Positions 46,782-58,639 are shown, counted from the first letter of the stretch. The stretch: DNA of 64,000 nucleotides from Eledone cirrhosa (GCA_964016885.1 OZ024750.1:40300001-40364000); one strand, 5' to 3'. Notes: a model not told the origin generated them from the letters alone. Numbers and translations are program-made.

Positions 46782-49700
46782 CTACAGGCGCATGATCAGA
46801 GTAGGCCCACTCACGCGGGCCATTCTCGCCACATTCACCCACCTTTCAGTAAATGTACTGGGGGGCAGCACTTCTCTCTCCACCCTCACCTTCCTTTCCA
46901 AGTGAAACTTGAAGAAGTTGATGAGGGATTGGCCGAAGAGAAAAGTGTCTGTCTTCAGTCCTTTCAACCTGGTCCACCATGCAACCTCTTTCGCTACTGC
47001 CACCAGGCAGAGGAAAATTGCCTGCCCTTCCTGACCAAAAGAAGGCGGCGGGTCAATCTTCACTATGGACTCGGACGATAGCCGGATCCGTTCTACACGC
47101 GACAATAGCTGTTCGACATAACCCCACAAGTCAGCAATGCACGGACACTGGACGAGTGCGTGCAGAACGGTTTCGTCGCTCTGCGCGCATCTCGGGCAGG
47201 TTCGTCTGACAGCACTTCCGTGCCTGTAGAGTTTATCCCGAACCGGCAGCGCCCCCCGGTAGCACTGCCAAGCGAGGGATTTCTGGAAGTTATCCATCGT
47301 CCCCGGCTCGAAAGTCCTCCGGAACATACTGGTCAGTTCTACTTCGTTGACGCCCAGAGCCTCTCCTAGTACGTCATCGCACTTGCCCTCCACTAATCCT
47401 CTATAGAAATCTTGAGTGGAAGTTCCACTGACCGCATTGCCCACCTTGCAGAGTGCAGTGAGCGCCTGGCAACATTCCAGATGCCAGTCGCCCAGTCTCG
47501 GTCTCTTCTTGACCCAGGACTGCAGCTCAGTCAAAGAGATGAGCTGCGGAAAGGCCCGTCTAACAAACGGCGACCACACCTGTTCACCGTTTAGGCAAAA
47601 TATCTGGAGATGTCGCAGCCTCAGCGCATGTCTGCGCATCATTAGCCACGACATGCCCAGCCCTCCACGAAGAGGGTGCTGGCAGCAGATGGACCGCCTC
47701 ACCAACGGGACCCGTCCCCTCCACAAAAATTTGAAAAGAAGCCGTTCCAAATTGGCGAGGCGTGGACGGGGGCAAGGCACGACGGTCAGGCGGTAGTAGA
47801 TGACGGACGCGATGTACGCGTTCGCCACCTCCGCCCGCCCTTTCAGTGATAGCTTTCTCTCAGCCCATTTCTGGGTGAGGTTGGCTATCCTGCTCGTCAC
47901 CTCGTCCCAATTCTTATCCACCTGGAGGTCTGGTCCGAACCAAACCCCGAGCAACTTTACCGGTCCGTCTGTCCAGCGCCCAACGACGCTGTTGGACGGC
48001 ATGGACTTGCCTCTCCAGGTGCCGAGCTGCAAGCCCACCGACTTTTCCGGGTTAAGTTTTGCTCCCGTCAACCTTTCATATTCCTCCAAATGGGTGCGGA
48101 TCACCTCGATTTCCGAGGTGTCCGACACCATCACGGTGATGTCGTCCGCATAAGCGGACGCAGCCTTTCTGCGTCCCGGTTCGAGCGGGATGCCCTGCAA
48201 CAACTCCAGCTTCCGCAGTAGAGGCTCAAGAGTCAATACGTACAGAAGTGAGGAGAGAGGGCACCCTTGACGGACCGATCGAGAGATCTGAAACGGTTCC
48301 GAGAGGTGGCCATTAACTTTGACCACCGAGCGGATGCCGCTGTACATTGCAGCGATCCAGCTTCTGAAGACGGGGCCGAAGCCAGCCGCCTCGAGGACAG
48401 CCTCCAAGTACCGATGGTCGACCCTATCGAATGCTTTCGATTGATCTAAATTGATCAGAGCCCCACCGAAGCCAGGTTTGCACCCAACCCTCTCTATGAT
48501 GTATCGCATGAGGTGGAGGTTGTCGTGTATGGACCTGGTCAGGATTGCGCAAGTTTGCGCCTCCCCAACCAAATCTTTGACGACAAGCGCCAACCTTTTC
48601 GCTAACACCTTGGCCAAAATCTTAAACTCTGTGTTGAGCAGGGTTATGGGCCTGAAATTATCTAGTGTGTCCCTCTTGTTCTCGTCTTTCCTTATCAGCG
48701 TCACTACGCCACGGCTCACAGAACTGGGAATGCTCCCGTTCTGCTGCCAGTTGCAGTAGAGCGCTTCGAGGAGATCGGAGAACAAGTCTGGCATATTTAC
48801 GTAAAGCTCGTAGGGCAGACCATCCAAACCGGGTGACTTGCGACTCGAGCAGCCGACAAGGGCGTCCTGAATTTCGACTGATGTTATCGGCTCTTCGCAG
48901 CGCTCAGCGTCGGCCGTCGAGAGGCGTGGCAAGCCGTCGAGGTAGGGACTGAAGTCCGCCGCCGTCTCCGACTCACCCATCCTCCCGAACAATCGAGCAA
49001 AGTGCTGGCGAAAAGCCTCACACATCTGCTTGGAATCGCTCAGTTCGTGTCCATCTCGATCCGTCAAAGACCGAATTGTGGTTTTATTTCCACGCTGCGT
49101 CTCTGCAAAGCGAGCCCATCGGGCAGCTTTGGTTCCCTCGTTCCTCAGAGCACGCGCCTTAGCTCTGACAATGCAACCTTCGTGTTTCGCATTGAAGAAA
49201 TGGTCTAGTGCCATTCTCGCCGCTAGCACGTCTGTTGCAATGCCACTACAAATAGCCTCGTCTAACTTAGCTATCAGCCCCTCCTCCTTTCTATTTTTCT
49301 CTATTGCTACTTCTTTGCTAAATCCTATCGAGGTTGCTCTAATCTCTCTTTTGAGTGCCCCCCACCACCTGTTGTTGACAACCCCCCCTGTCAACTTTTG
49401 CTTAACTAAGTTGTTGACCCGGTCCCTGTAAGCTTTACGTGCCGGAAACGACATGTTTAGCTTCCAGTAGCTAGGTCCTAACCTACGTGTCTTATCTAGG
49501 TCGACCATACAGATCACAAGCTTGTGATCTGAATAGGCAACCGTTTTAAAATGTGGACATCCTACACTATTTCTATCTCTTTTCCTAATGAAAATCCTAT
49601 CTATGTACGATCTAGATGACCCTATGCGATTGGTCCAGGTCCATACTGGCGCATTAGGGAAATCTAGTCGGTACCTGTCAGACAGTTGAAACTGGCTGAT

Positions 49701-50201
49701 CAGGTACTTGAGGCTTTTGCACCCCCCGCTCCTATCAGATACTCCCACACAATCCCAGCGTGCTTCTAAGATGCCATTCCAATCCCCTATTAACAGTAAA
49801 GGGCGAGACGTAAGCAGAAAGTTTTCCAGGCGCCTAAAGAAGTCCGGCCGACCGGCCCCAGTAGGGGCGTAGACGGCCACCAGTCTAAAGGCACCACCTT
49901 CGCTATTGCTCACGTCCAGGACCACCAACTTTCCGTCAGGATCCCGGAAGATTGACCTTACCTCGAGATCCAGACATTTCCTAAACAGCACAGCCACTCC
50001 ACCTCCCATTCCCGGCCGACTAACAGATGCAAAGATCTGATAATCGTCGAAAATCGGCGCCAGTGCGCGTGTGTCGGAAATTCTGGTCTCGCTGATGGCA
50101 ATTACATCCATTCCTAGTGACCTGAGGTCGTTGAGCAAGTGACCTTGCTTCCAGGGCGACCCCAGGCCACGAACATTTAAACTTCCTACTCTTATGGCCA
50201 T
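46782..50201 (-). CDS. LINE ORF2: APE + RT + zinc finger
   Basis: NVRGL, GDWN, YIDR, SDH, KSPGLDG, RPITLLN, KAFDRV, QGCPLS, YADD, CPRC..ETVLHALVQC. Confidence 0.97.
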   Translation of the reverse strand: MAIRVGSLNVRGLGSPWKQGHLLNDLRSLGMDVIAISETRISDTRALAPIFDDYQIFASVSRPGMGGGVAVLFRKCLDLEVRSIFRDPDGKLVVLDVSNSEGGAFRLVAVYAPTGAGRPDFFRRLENFLLTSRPLLLIGDWNGILEARWDCVGVSDRSGGCKSLKYLISQFQLSDRYRLDFPNAPVWTWTNRIGSSRSYIDRIFIRKRDRNSVGCPHFKTVAYSDHKLVICMVDLDKTRRLGPSYWKLNMSFPARKAYRDRVNNLVKQKLTGGVVNNRWWGALKREIRATSIGFSKEVAIEKNRKEEGLIAKLDEAICSGIATDVLAARMALDHFFNAKHEGCIVRAKARALRNEGTKAARWARFAETQRGNKTTIRSLTDRDGHELSDSKQMCEAFRQHFARLFGRMGESETAADFSPYLDGLPRLSTADAERCEEPITSVEIQDALVGCSSRKSPGLDGLPYELYVNMPDLFSDLLEALYCNWQQNGSIPSSVSRGVVTLIRKDENKRDTLDNFRPITLLNTEFKILAKVLAKRLALVVKDLVGEAQTCAILTRSIHDNLHLMRYIIERVGCKPGFGGALINLDQSKAFDRVDHRYLEAVLEAAGFGPVFRSWIAAMYSGIRSVVKVNGHLSEPFQISRSVRQGCPLSSLLYVLTLEPLLRKLELLQGIPLEPGRRKAASAYADDITVMVSDTSEIEVIRTHLEEYERLTGAKLNPEKSVGLQLGTWRGKSMPSNSVVGRWTDGPVKLLGVWFGPDLQVDKNWDEVTSRIANLTQKWAERKLSLKGRAEVANAYIASVIYYRLTVVPCPRPRLANLERLLFKFLWRGRVPLVRRSICCQHPLRGGLGMSWLMMRRHALRLRHLQIFCLNGEQVWSPFVRRAFPQLISLTELQSWVKKRPRLGDWHLECCQALTALCKVGNAVSGTSTQDFYRGLVEGKCDDVLGEALGVNEVELTSMFRRTFEPGTMDNFQKSLAWQCYRGALPVRDKLYRHGSAVRRTCPRCAQSDETVLHALVQCPCIADLWGYVEQLLSRVERIRLSSESIVKIDPPPSFGQEGQAIFLCLVAVAKEVAWWTRLKGLKTDTFLFGQSLINFFKFHLERKVRVEREVLPPSTFTERWVNVARMARVSGPTLIMRL

Positions 50202-50230
50202 GCTGGCAGGATGAATGGGAGAGGAAAGGT

Positions 50231-52141
50231 TTACTTACCTTCCGGGGTCTTGTGAAGGTCGGGTGGTTCGACCTCCATGGTTTGTGGGGTTTCTTTTGGG
50301 AACCCCTTTAATAGTCTTGACGTGGGTTTTACGTTCGGGGTTCCCACATCCCGAGGAAAGCTCTTTCGAATTTCTTTGTATGAAGCGAGCGACATTCGCA
50401 TCAGAAGCAAATTATCTGGTACGCGAAATGTGCTCGCTTCAAATGTTTCCCCGTCTTTTTCGATGTTTGTGCTTCGTGCTACATGGGCCATCAATTCCTT
50501 GTTGGCCCTTCTGGCAAGCACGAAGTTTTTAATGTTTTGTTGCTCGGGTTTTATTTGTTCGTGTGATTGTGGTGGTGATAGCTTTGTTAGTGTTGTTTCT
50601 ATTGTGTCTGCGTTTGTTGTGGGTGGGGTGTCTGTAGTTTCTGATGTTTGTGTGTCTATTTGTTCTTGTGTCTGTTTAGCTTGTTTGCGTTTGGGGGATT
50701 TTGGTGGTTGTGTTGGTGATGCTGTGGGGAAAATGTTTGTGTGGGTGATGTGTGTATTTTTTTTTGTGGGGGTGTCTGTGCTTTGTGGATTTCTTTTTTT
50801 TTTGTGTTTTGTTTTTTGTATTTTGGGGGACTTTGGTTTTCCCTCATCTTCACTGCTGGAGGATGAGGGGTCTGTGGCTGTGAGCGTGTTTGTGTCTGAG
50901 TGAGTGTTTATGTTCTTGTTCGTGTGTGTATTTTGGGGGGGAGGGGGAATGGGAGAGCTTTCCTCGTTTCCCCCCTGGGTGTGCAATTTTGGTGGTTCCA
51001 TTGTTGACGGTGTTGCTGGTGGTCCTTGTCCCGGCGTCGCCAGCAGTGGAATCTTTCGACCCCTTGCGCTTTTCGGCAGTTGAGGGCAGAAGGCTCGCAA
51101 GTGTGTCGTTTCCCCACAAAGGAAACAATGCGGCCTTTTGCCCTCAGTCATTATATGCAACACCCTCCCGTTTTGGAGGCGGATGTGGTCCGGGATTGCT
51201 TTTACGTTTTCGGGTCTGATTTGGAGCAGTATCTCCAGATCAACCCCGGACCAGTCGTCCCTGGCAGTTCTCGTTGCCTCTACCGGGACTGTATCCGTTC
51301 CTTCCACGATTACGCAACCCAGGAGCCACCACATATCAAGTCCTGGTGGAATCCTGGGAATGCGCACACGTGCTATTCGTTTTCCCATGTGGGAGGGGTA
51401 CATTATAACCTTGCTGGTTTTGCAAGGGGTCATTGAATGCTTCACAGCGAGGGCTTCAGACTTGAACAGCACCGAAACGGTGCCGTATTGCCTGCCCCTC
51501 TCTATGAAGTCTGTGTCCTCTCTGATGTATTTCAGTGCGGCTTCTATGTCAGCTTGGGCGATTATCGCTGCCCTCTTTGTCTCTACTGAGATGCATCTGA
51601 AATGCACCGTTCTTTTTTCCACTGCCTCAATGGCTTCTGCCGGGACAGTTAAGTTTGCCCAGGTCTGCTCTTGATTTATGATTTTCCAGGCCTGGGCCAA
51701 CTTTTCCTCTCTGTTGGTTAAGTCGATGCTGTAGCATGGTCTCCTTTTAGCCGCTGCCACAGCAGCGAAGGTGTTCTTGTTGGTGTTGTCACTGTTGTTG
51801 TTCTTGTTGGTGTTGCTGCTGCTATTGCTGTTGTTGTTCTCCCCTGTGTCGTGGTTACCCTCTGTGTTGTTGGCCTTGTTGGTGCTGTTGCTGTCGCTAC
51901 TATTACTCTCTGTGCTGTTCGTTTTGTTGGTGCTCTCGCTATTACCACCTTCTGCGCTGTTCGGCTTGTTGGTGTTGGTGTTGTCGCTGTTACCACCTTC
52001 CGCGCCGCTCGGCCCGTTGGTGCTGGCACTGTCGCTGCTCACATTCGTGCTGGTGGCGCTCCTCACCTCACCTCTCCTCTCAACGCTCAAGTCGCCGTTG
52101 CACGACAGCAGACCCGCCTCTAGGGGGCGTGGCTCCGCCAT
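50231..52141 (-). CDS. LINE ORF1 (CCHC zinc knuckle)
   Basis: First ATG at 52141 (MAEPR); CFLCGETTHLRAFC; Asn/Ser-rich N-terminus. Confidence 0.92.
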   Translation of the reverse strand: MAEPRPLEAGLLSCNGDLSVERRGEVRSATSTNVSSDSASTNGPSGAEGGNSDNTNTNKPNSAEGGNSESTNKTNSTESNSSDSNSTNKANNTEGNHDTGENNNSNSSSNTNKNNNSDNTNKNTFAAVAAAKRRPCYSIDLTNREEKLAQAWKIINQEQTWANLTVPAEAIEAVEKRTVHFRCISVETKRAAIIAQADIEAALKYIREDTDFIERGRQYGTVSVLFKSEALAVKHSMTPCKTSKVIMYPSHMGKRIARVRIPRIPPGLDMWWLLGCVIVEGTDTVPVEATRTARDDWSGVDLEILLQIRPENVKAIPDHIRLQNGRVLHIMTEGKRPHCFLCGETTHLRAFCPQLPKSARGRKIPLLATPGQGPPATPSTMEPPKLHTQGGNEESSPIPPPPQNTHTNKNINTHSDTNTLTATDPSSSSSEDEGKPKSPKIQKTKHKKKRNPQSTDTPTKKNTHITHTNIFPTASPTQPPKSPKRKQAKQTQEQIDTQTSETTDTPPTTNADTIETTLTKLSPPQSHEQIKPEQQNIKNFVLARRANKELMAHVARSTNIEKDGETFEASTFRVPDNLLLMRMSLASYKEIRKSFPRDVGTPNVKPTSRLLKGFPKETPQTMEVEPPDLHKTPEGK

Positions 52142-52359
52142 GTTTTTTTGAGAAAAAAAGTTTTTTTTTTTCAAAATAAAGTTCAAATATTTGGGCCAAA
52201 AGGCCCAAATATTATGAGTTATTCCTTCACAGGATACAAATTAATGTCTTATAATGCTTCAGCGGTACAAAAAATAAACAATTCTCTACAATTAATCCTC
52301 AAAAATTGCTTACTCACGGAGCTTCAAAAAACGTACATCCACTTTCGTCAATAATAATA

Positions 52360-52580
52360 ATAATAATAGGCGCACTAGGTACTATCTCAAAGAGTTTCCA
52401 AGGATGGTTAAAGAAAATTGGTCCCGCCCCGCTTTTTGGAACACTTCAAAAGGCATGCTTGCTGGGAACAGCAAGAACCCTCCGATACGTCCTGAATATC
52501 TGAGGCTGCAGGTAGTGGCTTGATATTCATTTCAACAAACTTTCCAGTTAAATAACATCAATGACTGAGACTCAAAGAAC
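52360..52580 (+). pseudogene. Short 3' fragment of a Dong/R4-like retrotransposon in (TAA)n
   Basis: IIGALGTISK...LQKACLLGTARTLRYVL* is the typical R4/Dong C-terminus; (AAT)n on both sides. Confidence 0.8.
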
Positions 52581-52589
52581 AATAATAAT

Positions 52590-52629
<40 letters not shown>

Positions 52630-53215
52630 GTATGTATGTATGTATACGTACATACATATATGTATACAGACGTACAGTAGTATGTATATATATACACACA
52701 TGCACACATATATGTATGCACGTATCGGTTTACCGAACATTTATTATAATGCTCGGTTTGTTTGTTTGTAAACAAACAAACGGCCCGAATTACGCCGTAC
52801 AGTGTTTAGGCAACCACGTCACCTTTTTGTTCAACACTGACACAGGAACGATGCACTAGTTTCAAGCTTATTAGCTATCGTCAGCATCGTATACCTTCCT
52901 GCCAGATGGTTGAACGTCTGAAAGTATATACTTTCCTTATGCATATTAACGGCTGAGCAGCCTAATTTGCATATGGAGTGAGTTCAGTCGACCGGGCACA
53001 CCGAAAACGATAAATGGAATAGAATGAAACGAAATTTCATTTCTCACTCTTAGTACGGCACTTACTTAAATGTAAGTATGTATGTATACTTACATACATA
53101 TATGTATACAGACGTACAGTAGTATGTATATATATATACATACATGCACACATATAGATATGCACGTATCGGTTTACCGAACATTTATTATAATGCTCGG
53201 TTTGTTTGTTTGTAA
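52630..53215 (-). mobile_element. Family H element, about 1.3 units of a ~445-bp monomer
   Basis: 52630-52772 is repeated at about 53075-53216; contains the hammerhead copy. Confidence 0.8.
52837..52905 (-). ncRNA. Hammerhead ribozyme copy, probably inactive (GUG at cleavage triplet)
   Basis: ACGAUG-CUGACGA-UAGCUAAUAAGCUU-GAAA-CUAGUG-CAUCGU. Confidence 0.7.
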
Positions 53216-53265
53216 ATATTGTTTGTTTGTAAATATTGTTGTACTTGGGGAGCGTCATATTTGTG

Positions 53266-53631
53266 TAATAATTGTTTCTACTTTAGGCACAAGGCCAGCA
53301 ATTACCCAGTACATTACTGGTACTTCATTTTATCGACCCCGTAAGGATGAAAGGCAAAGTTAACTTTGGCGGGATTTGAACTCAGACCGTAAAGGGACGT
53401 AACTATGCTAGAAAGCATGGCGTCCAACCCTCCACCGATACTGCCAAATGCGGTGGATTGGCAGAATTGGTGGAGGGTTGGACACGCTTTCCAGCATAGT
53501 TACGTCCCTTTACGATCCGAGTTCAAATCCCGCCATGGTTAACTTTGCCTTTCATCCTTACGAGGTCGATAAAATAAAGTACCAGTAATGTACTGGATAA
53601 TTGCTGGCCTTGTGCCGAAAGTAGAAACAGT

Positions 53632-53633
<2 letters not shown>
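53266..53633. mobile_element. Head-to-head inverted pair of SINE family 1 copies
   Basis: Minus copy 53266-53447 immediately followed by plus copy 53450-53633. Confidence 0.88.
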
Positions 53634-53917
<284 letters not shown>

Positions 53918-54371
53918 GGGCGGGAAGAATTTTAAAGATTCCTGGTTAACTTTCCTGGTGAAATTTCTCGCATTCGTCGGTGGCGATTGTCAAACTGAGA
54001 TCAGGTTGTGTTGTGATGTGTGACTCTATATATAAGAGAGATTTTCATGTGTCTAGGGGTGATGTGGGGGTGTTAATGAGTGTGGGAGTGATGGAGTGTT
54101 GATGAAGATTTAAAGGAATTAAAGCATATATATATATATACAGACATACATATATATATACATATACACATATATATTCATTCAGGTTTGAGGTTCACCA
54201 CTGTATAGAGCTGGTCTATTCCGTATGGTCAATCGTAATGCAATAATATAGAGAGTACTCAACGTAAAGCAGTTCAACCGTCTTTGTTTTTGTAGTTGGT
54301 GGTGCTATTACGGAGTTAAATATTATAATGAAATGACAGGAGGCTGGATTTGTGTAAATCCTTGAAGACAT

Positions 54372-54439
54372 ATATTGTTATACTTGGGGAGGGTCATATT
54401 TGTGTGATATTGCCAGAATTAATAACAGAACACACTCAC
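54372..54439 (-). mobile_element. Solo fragment of the PLE pseudo-LTR (ORF start MTLPKYNN)
   Basis: Matches 16735-16803; similar fragments at 53233-53268 and 62140-62240. Confidence 0.75.
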
Positions 54440-54941
54440 ATACACAGAAAATAGTGAATGGTAACAGCAAGATAATTGATAGGGTGTGGTGTTGGGGCTG
54501 TTTAAAGAGTGTTTAAGAAAGGGACTGTAAAAGTGCCCTCCTGCAGGTTCCATTTCAATAAATGACCTTTCATGAATATAATGGCAGGATGTTTTACAAA
54601 TTCTTTTCTTATAGCTGAATCAACTATCTTAAATTTATAAAGAACACATTCAACAACTTCCTATATTAAAGATGAATTTAGGTGTATGTCTGGTGGTGGT
54701 GGTGGTGGTGGTGGTGTGTGTGTGTGTGTGTGGTGGGGTGGGTGGGGGGTTAATGATGTGTAAGATACATGTCTTTTGATAAGAATGGGATGACAGCAAA
54801 GAGAAAAATAAGGATAGTTTTGGAATATTTGTCAGAAATGTATGTTGTAGAGGCCCCAAGAAATATGAAATTTAAGGCCCTTCTCTATAAAAATATAATT
54901 ATTATATTTTACATTAATGTTAATGATAAAGAATAAATAAT

Positions 54942-54972
<31 letters not shown>

Positions 54973-55619
54973 TACACATACACACATACATACACACACA
55001 CAGACACACATACAAACACACGCCCGCGCGCACGCACGCACGCACGCACACATACACACACATAATTTGTTATGATTTAGTGTTAAAGAAAAAAAAATGA
55101 TAAACTAAAAATATATTTTTAAAAAATGAAGCCCCCCCCCCCCCCCCCCTCTGAGTGTGTGTGACCCTAAGTTGTATTTTATTTAGCTTATAGATAAACC
55201 CACCACTGCTTTCACCTCTAAAACAACAACACATTGCTTTGCAGAAGGCATCATGCCGCATGCACGCTTCCGGAATTTTGGGTAGCAGCAAAATGTAACC
55301 TTAAAACCTTCGAGTTAGACCAGCCTGTCCTGTTATATATAAACAGAGACCTGGAAAGCCTCCTACAATGAATACATAACAACCTGTCTCTTTTGTTAGG
55401 ACCAAAACATACACTCAGTACACAATTTCATATCTTTAAGTCGCTTAACCGGAATAAGCCCCAATCTGATGAGCCTTCTGGCTTGAGACACACTTTAGAC
55501 TAGACAGGAACCTAAGTGCCTTGTAGGGGCTAGGCGAAATCCGTCATTTTTTTTTTTTTTTTTTTTGCTGTAGTGGGGTGAAAGATTGAAGTGCTTTAGT
55601 ATGTTGGTTAAATACCTGA

Positions 55620-55960
55620 AAACCTTGGAATGTTTGAGAACTACCTACCAATACCTATCGATTGATCTCTTTTTAATTTACTTTGATTTTTAATTGTTTA
55701 TTGTTTAATTTCACTGAAAAGGACGTCGTTCCAGACTACCACCTCTAAAGAACGTATGAGAAGGAGTGTGGTTACAAGTCCCAGAAGGACATCTAAGACA
55801 AATTTGAGGTATATTGCAAGAGTCACCCATGCTCATACTTTCTTTAAAGGTGGTAGTCTGGAACGACGCTCTTTTATGTCAAGTTAAACAGTAAAAATCA
55901 GAAAATAAAAGTAAACAAAGACTGATCAATCCTTAAATTTTTCTAAAACATTCCAATTAC
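55620..55960. mobile_element. Foldback MITE-like element with >100-bp imperfect inverted arms
   Basis: CGTCGTTCCAGACTACCACCTCTAAAGAACGTATGAG / CTCATACTTTCTTTAAAGGTGGTAGTCTGGAACGACG, extending outward imperfectly. Confidence 0.7.
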
Positions 55961-56359
55961 TTTTAGTTAAAAGATTTTACATTCTTTAATGATTTTCCTA
56001 CCCAATGAATTTCTATAAGATTTATTTTATTTTATTTTTATTTATTTATTTTGATTAGGCTACAAAACTTCATGGTTTTAGACTGGTAGCTTGTATTCAG
56101 CTTTGTGTATTCAGGAGGGTGGGTACAATTCTGAAAATAATTTTTGGAAAAATATTAAGTACATGGTTTATGAGTAAAAAACGGTATAACAGTATAGATA
56201 ACAGAAGGGGAATAGGGCGAACATATCGGGTTGACTTGGTACTTAAAATATGGAGTTTGTGTGTGAGAAGAAGTAGTATAGATGACGGGAGGGGCAGAGG
56301 CGAACATATCGAGTTGACTCGGTACTTGAAATATGGAGTTTATGTGTGAGAGTTAAAGC

Positions 56360-56667
56360 CAGTGGTTCCCAACCATTTTTAGCTCATGGCTCACTTTGAA
56401 CTTAGAATTTTTCTGTGACCCATGAAATTATTATAGTGTAAAAAATTACTTCCATTTTACATAGTTGTATCTTTATTGGATATATTCTATGTCTATTTAT
56501 TGGACAAACAATTTCACAAGCATAATTTCATTAATTTAAGGCCTAGTTGTCAATGAAAGCTCTATGGACCATTCAATAAACTGTGGACCAGTAAAAATTA
56601 TAAAATTTCTGTGGCCCACCTGAATTTTGCTCATTTTAGCCATGTGGTCATAGGTTGGGGAACATTG
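56360..56667. mobile_element. Old hAT-type MITE
   Basis: TIR CAGTGGTTCCCAACC / GGTTGGGGAACATTG; no clear TSD. Confidence 0.55.
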
Positions 56668-57014
56668 ATATTGATAACGGAAGGAGAAGAGGAGAACATA
56701 TAGGGTTGGCTTGGTTCTTGTAGCTTGCTATTTGAGAGAAAAACCAGAAATACATGTTATTCACTTCTGGTATAAGATCGTGTGTTGATTGTCACACTTT
56801 GGAGGCCATGAGTTGATGCCATTGCAGATCTGAAGGTCAAACAAAGCATCAGCTTGCTAACTTTGTTTTTCATTCGTAATTGTTACATGGAATAAAAGAA
56901 GACCCCCCCCCCCCTACACACACACTGTTGGCAACATGGGTTTGAAAGGTGGAGGTTTCGTTTAGAAGTCACAATAATCATTTGTCCTTTACACAACATC
57001 TATGATACAGAGAG

Positions 57015-57875
57015 GGGAGACTGGTATACAGGGAGACTGGTACACACGGGAGACTGGTACACACCGGAGACTGGTAAACACGGGAGACTGGTACACACGG
57101 GAGACTGGTACACACGGGAGACTGGTGCACACGGGAGACTGGTATACACGGGAGACTGGCATACACGGGTGACTGGTATATACGGGAGACTGGTATACAC
57201 GGGAGACTGGCATACACGGATGACTGGTATATACGGGAGACTGGTATATACGGGAGACTGGTATACACGGGAGACTGGCATACACGGGTGACTGGTATAT
57301 ACGGGAGACTGGTATATACGGGAGACTGGTATACACGGGAGACTGGCATACACGGGAGACTGGTATACACGGGAGACTGGCATACACGGGTGACTGGTAT
57401 ATACGGGAGACTGGTATATACGGGAGACTGGTATACACGGGAGACTGGCATACACGGGTGACTGGTATATACGGGAGACTGGTATATACGGGAGACTGGT
57501 ATACACGGGAGACTGGTATACACGGGTGACTGGTATATACGGGAGACTGGTATACACGGGAGACTGGCATACACGGGTGACTGGTATATACGGGTGACTG
57601 GTATATACGGGAGACTGGTATACACGGGAGACTGGCATACACGGGTGACTGGTATATACGGGAGACTGGTATGTACGGGAGACTGTTATACACGGGAGAC
57701 TGGCATACACGGGAGACTGGCATACACGGGTGACTGGTATATACGGGAGACTGGTATATACGGGAGACTGGTATATACGGGAGACAGGTATATAAGGGAG
57801 ACTGGTATACACGAGAGACTGGTATATACGGGAGACTGGTATATATGTGGGAGACTGGTATATAAGGGAGACTGC
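57015..57875 (+). repeat. 17-bp minisatellite (about 50 copies) inside a truncated SINE family 2 copy (about 56981-57973)
   Basis: Unit GGGAGACTGGTATACAC; flanks ACAACATC and CAAACAACCTTGCCTGGACTTGTGCCT...GGGGTCTTTAC match 44177-44330. Confidence 0.93.
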
Positions 57876-58158
57876 TGGTCTTCCTCAAACAACCTTGCCT
57901 GGACTTGTGCCTGGGAGGAGAACATTCCAGGTGCAAATCTTCTGATCATTTGTGATCGAAAGGGGTCTTTACACAACCACGGCACCCCAGGTGTCTATAA
58001 AAAAAGAGAAAAAATAACGAAAAAGAAAAGAAAAAAAGGGTTAAAGTAGAAAATAAAGTGGAACCTTTTTTCTTTTTAGAAAGTTGAATTTTTTATTACA
58101 TTTATATCAGATAAAAATACATATTATCAATTAATTATTGCTAGGGTCCTTATAAATA

Positions 58159-58265
58159 TAATTGTTTCTACTTTTGGCACAAGGCCAGCAATTATCCCAG
58201 TGTATTACTGCTACTTTATTATATCGACCCCGTAAGGATAAAAGGCAAAGTTAACCTCGGCGGGA
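58159..58265 (-). mobile_element. Truncated SINE family 1 (another at 43163-43250)
   Basis: TAATTGTTTCTACTTTTGGCACAAGGCCAGC...GTTAACCTCGGCGGGAT. Confidence 0.85.
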
Positions 58266-58639
58266 TAAATATAATACGCAAAAATATATACAAACAAAGA
58301 AAAAAAAACCCCATCAACTCACACTAAGTGCGTCAATCGGTCACACATGACAAGGGTCAGCGGAAATTACCCAGAAGAAAGAAAAATATTAAGACTATGA
58401 ACAATAGCAATGGTTAAGACAATAATAATTATAAGGACAGTTGTTTTACGATAGGGTTTATAAGACTGATGCTCCTGATATAGGCCAAGTAGTAATACAA
58501 CGATGATACAAATACCACAGCACAACCTGCAGTATCAGGTTTAGCAAACCAGACACTTTAACGTCATCTTGGCTTTAATAACATTGACAAGAAAATAAAT
58601 ACAAATAAATTAATGAATTAATTTGAATATAAACTAAAA

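Larger units (their letters stand above)
46523..52349 (-). mobile_element. Full-length intact Tx1/L1-clade LINE copy C (different subfamily)
   Basis: Two open ORFs homologous to copy B; 3' end AATAAATGAAATC followed by (ATT)n; (ATT)n also precedes the 5' end. Confidence 0.95.
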
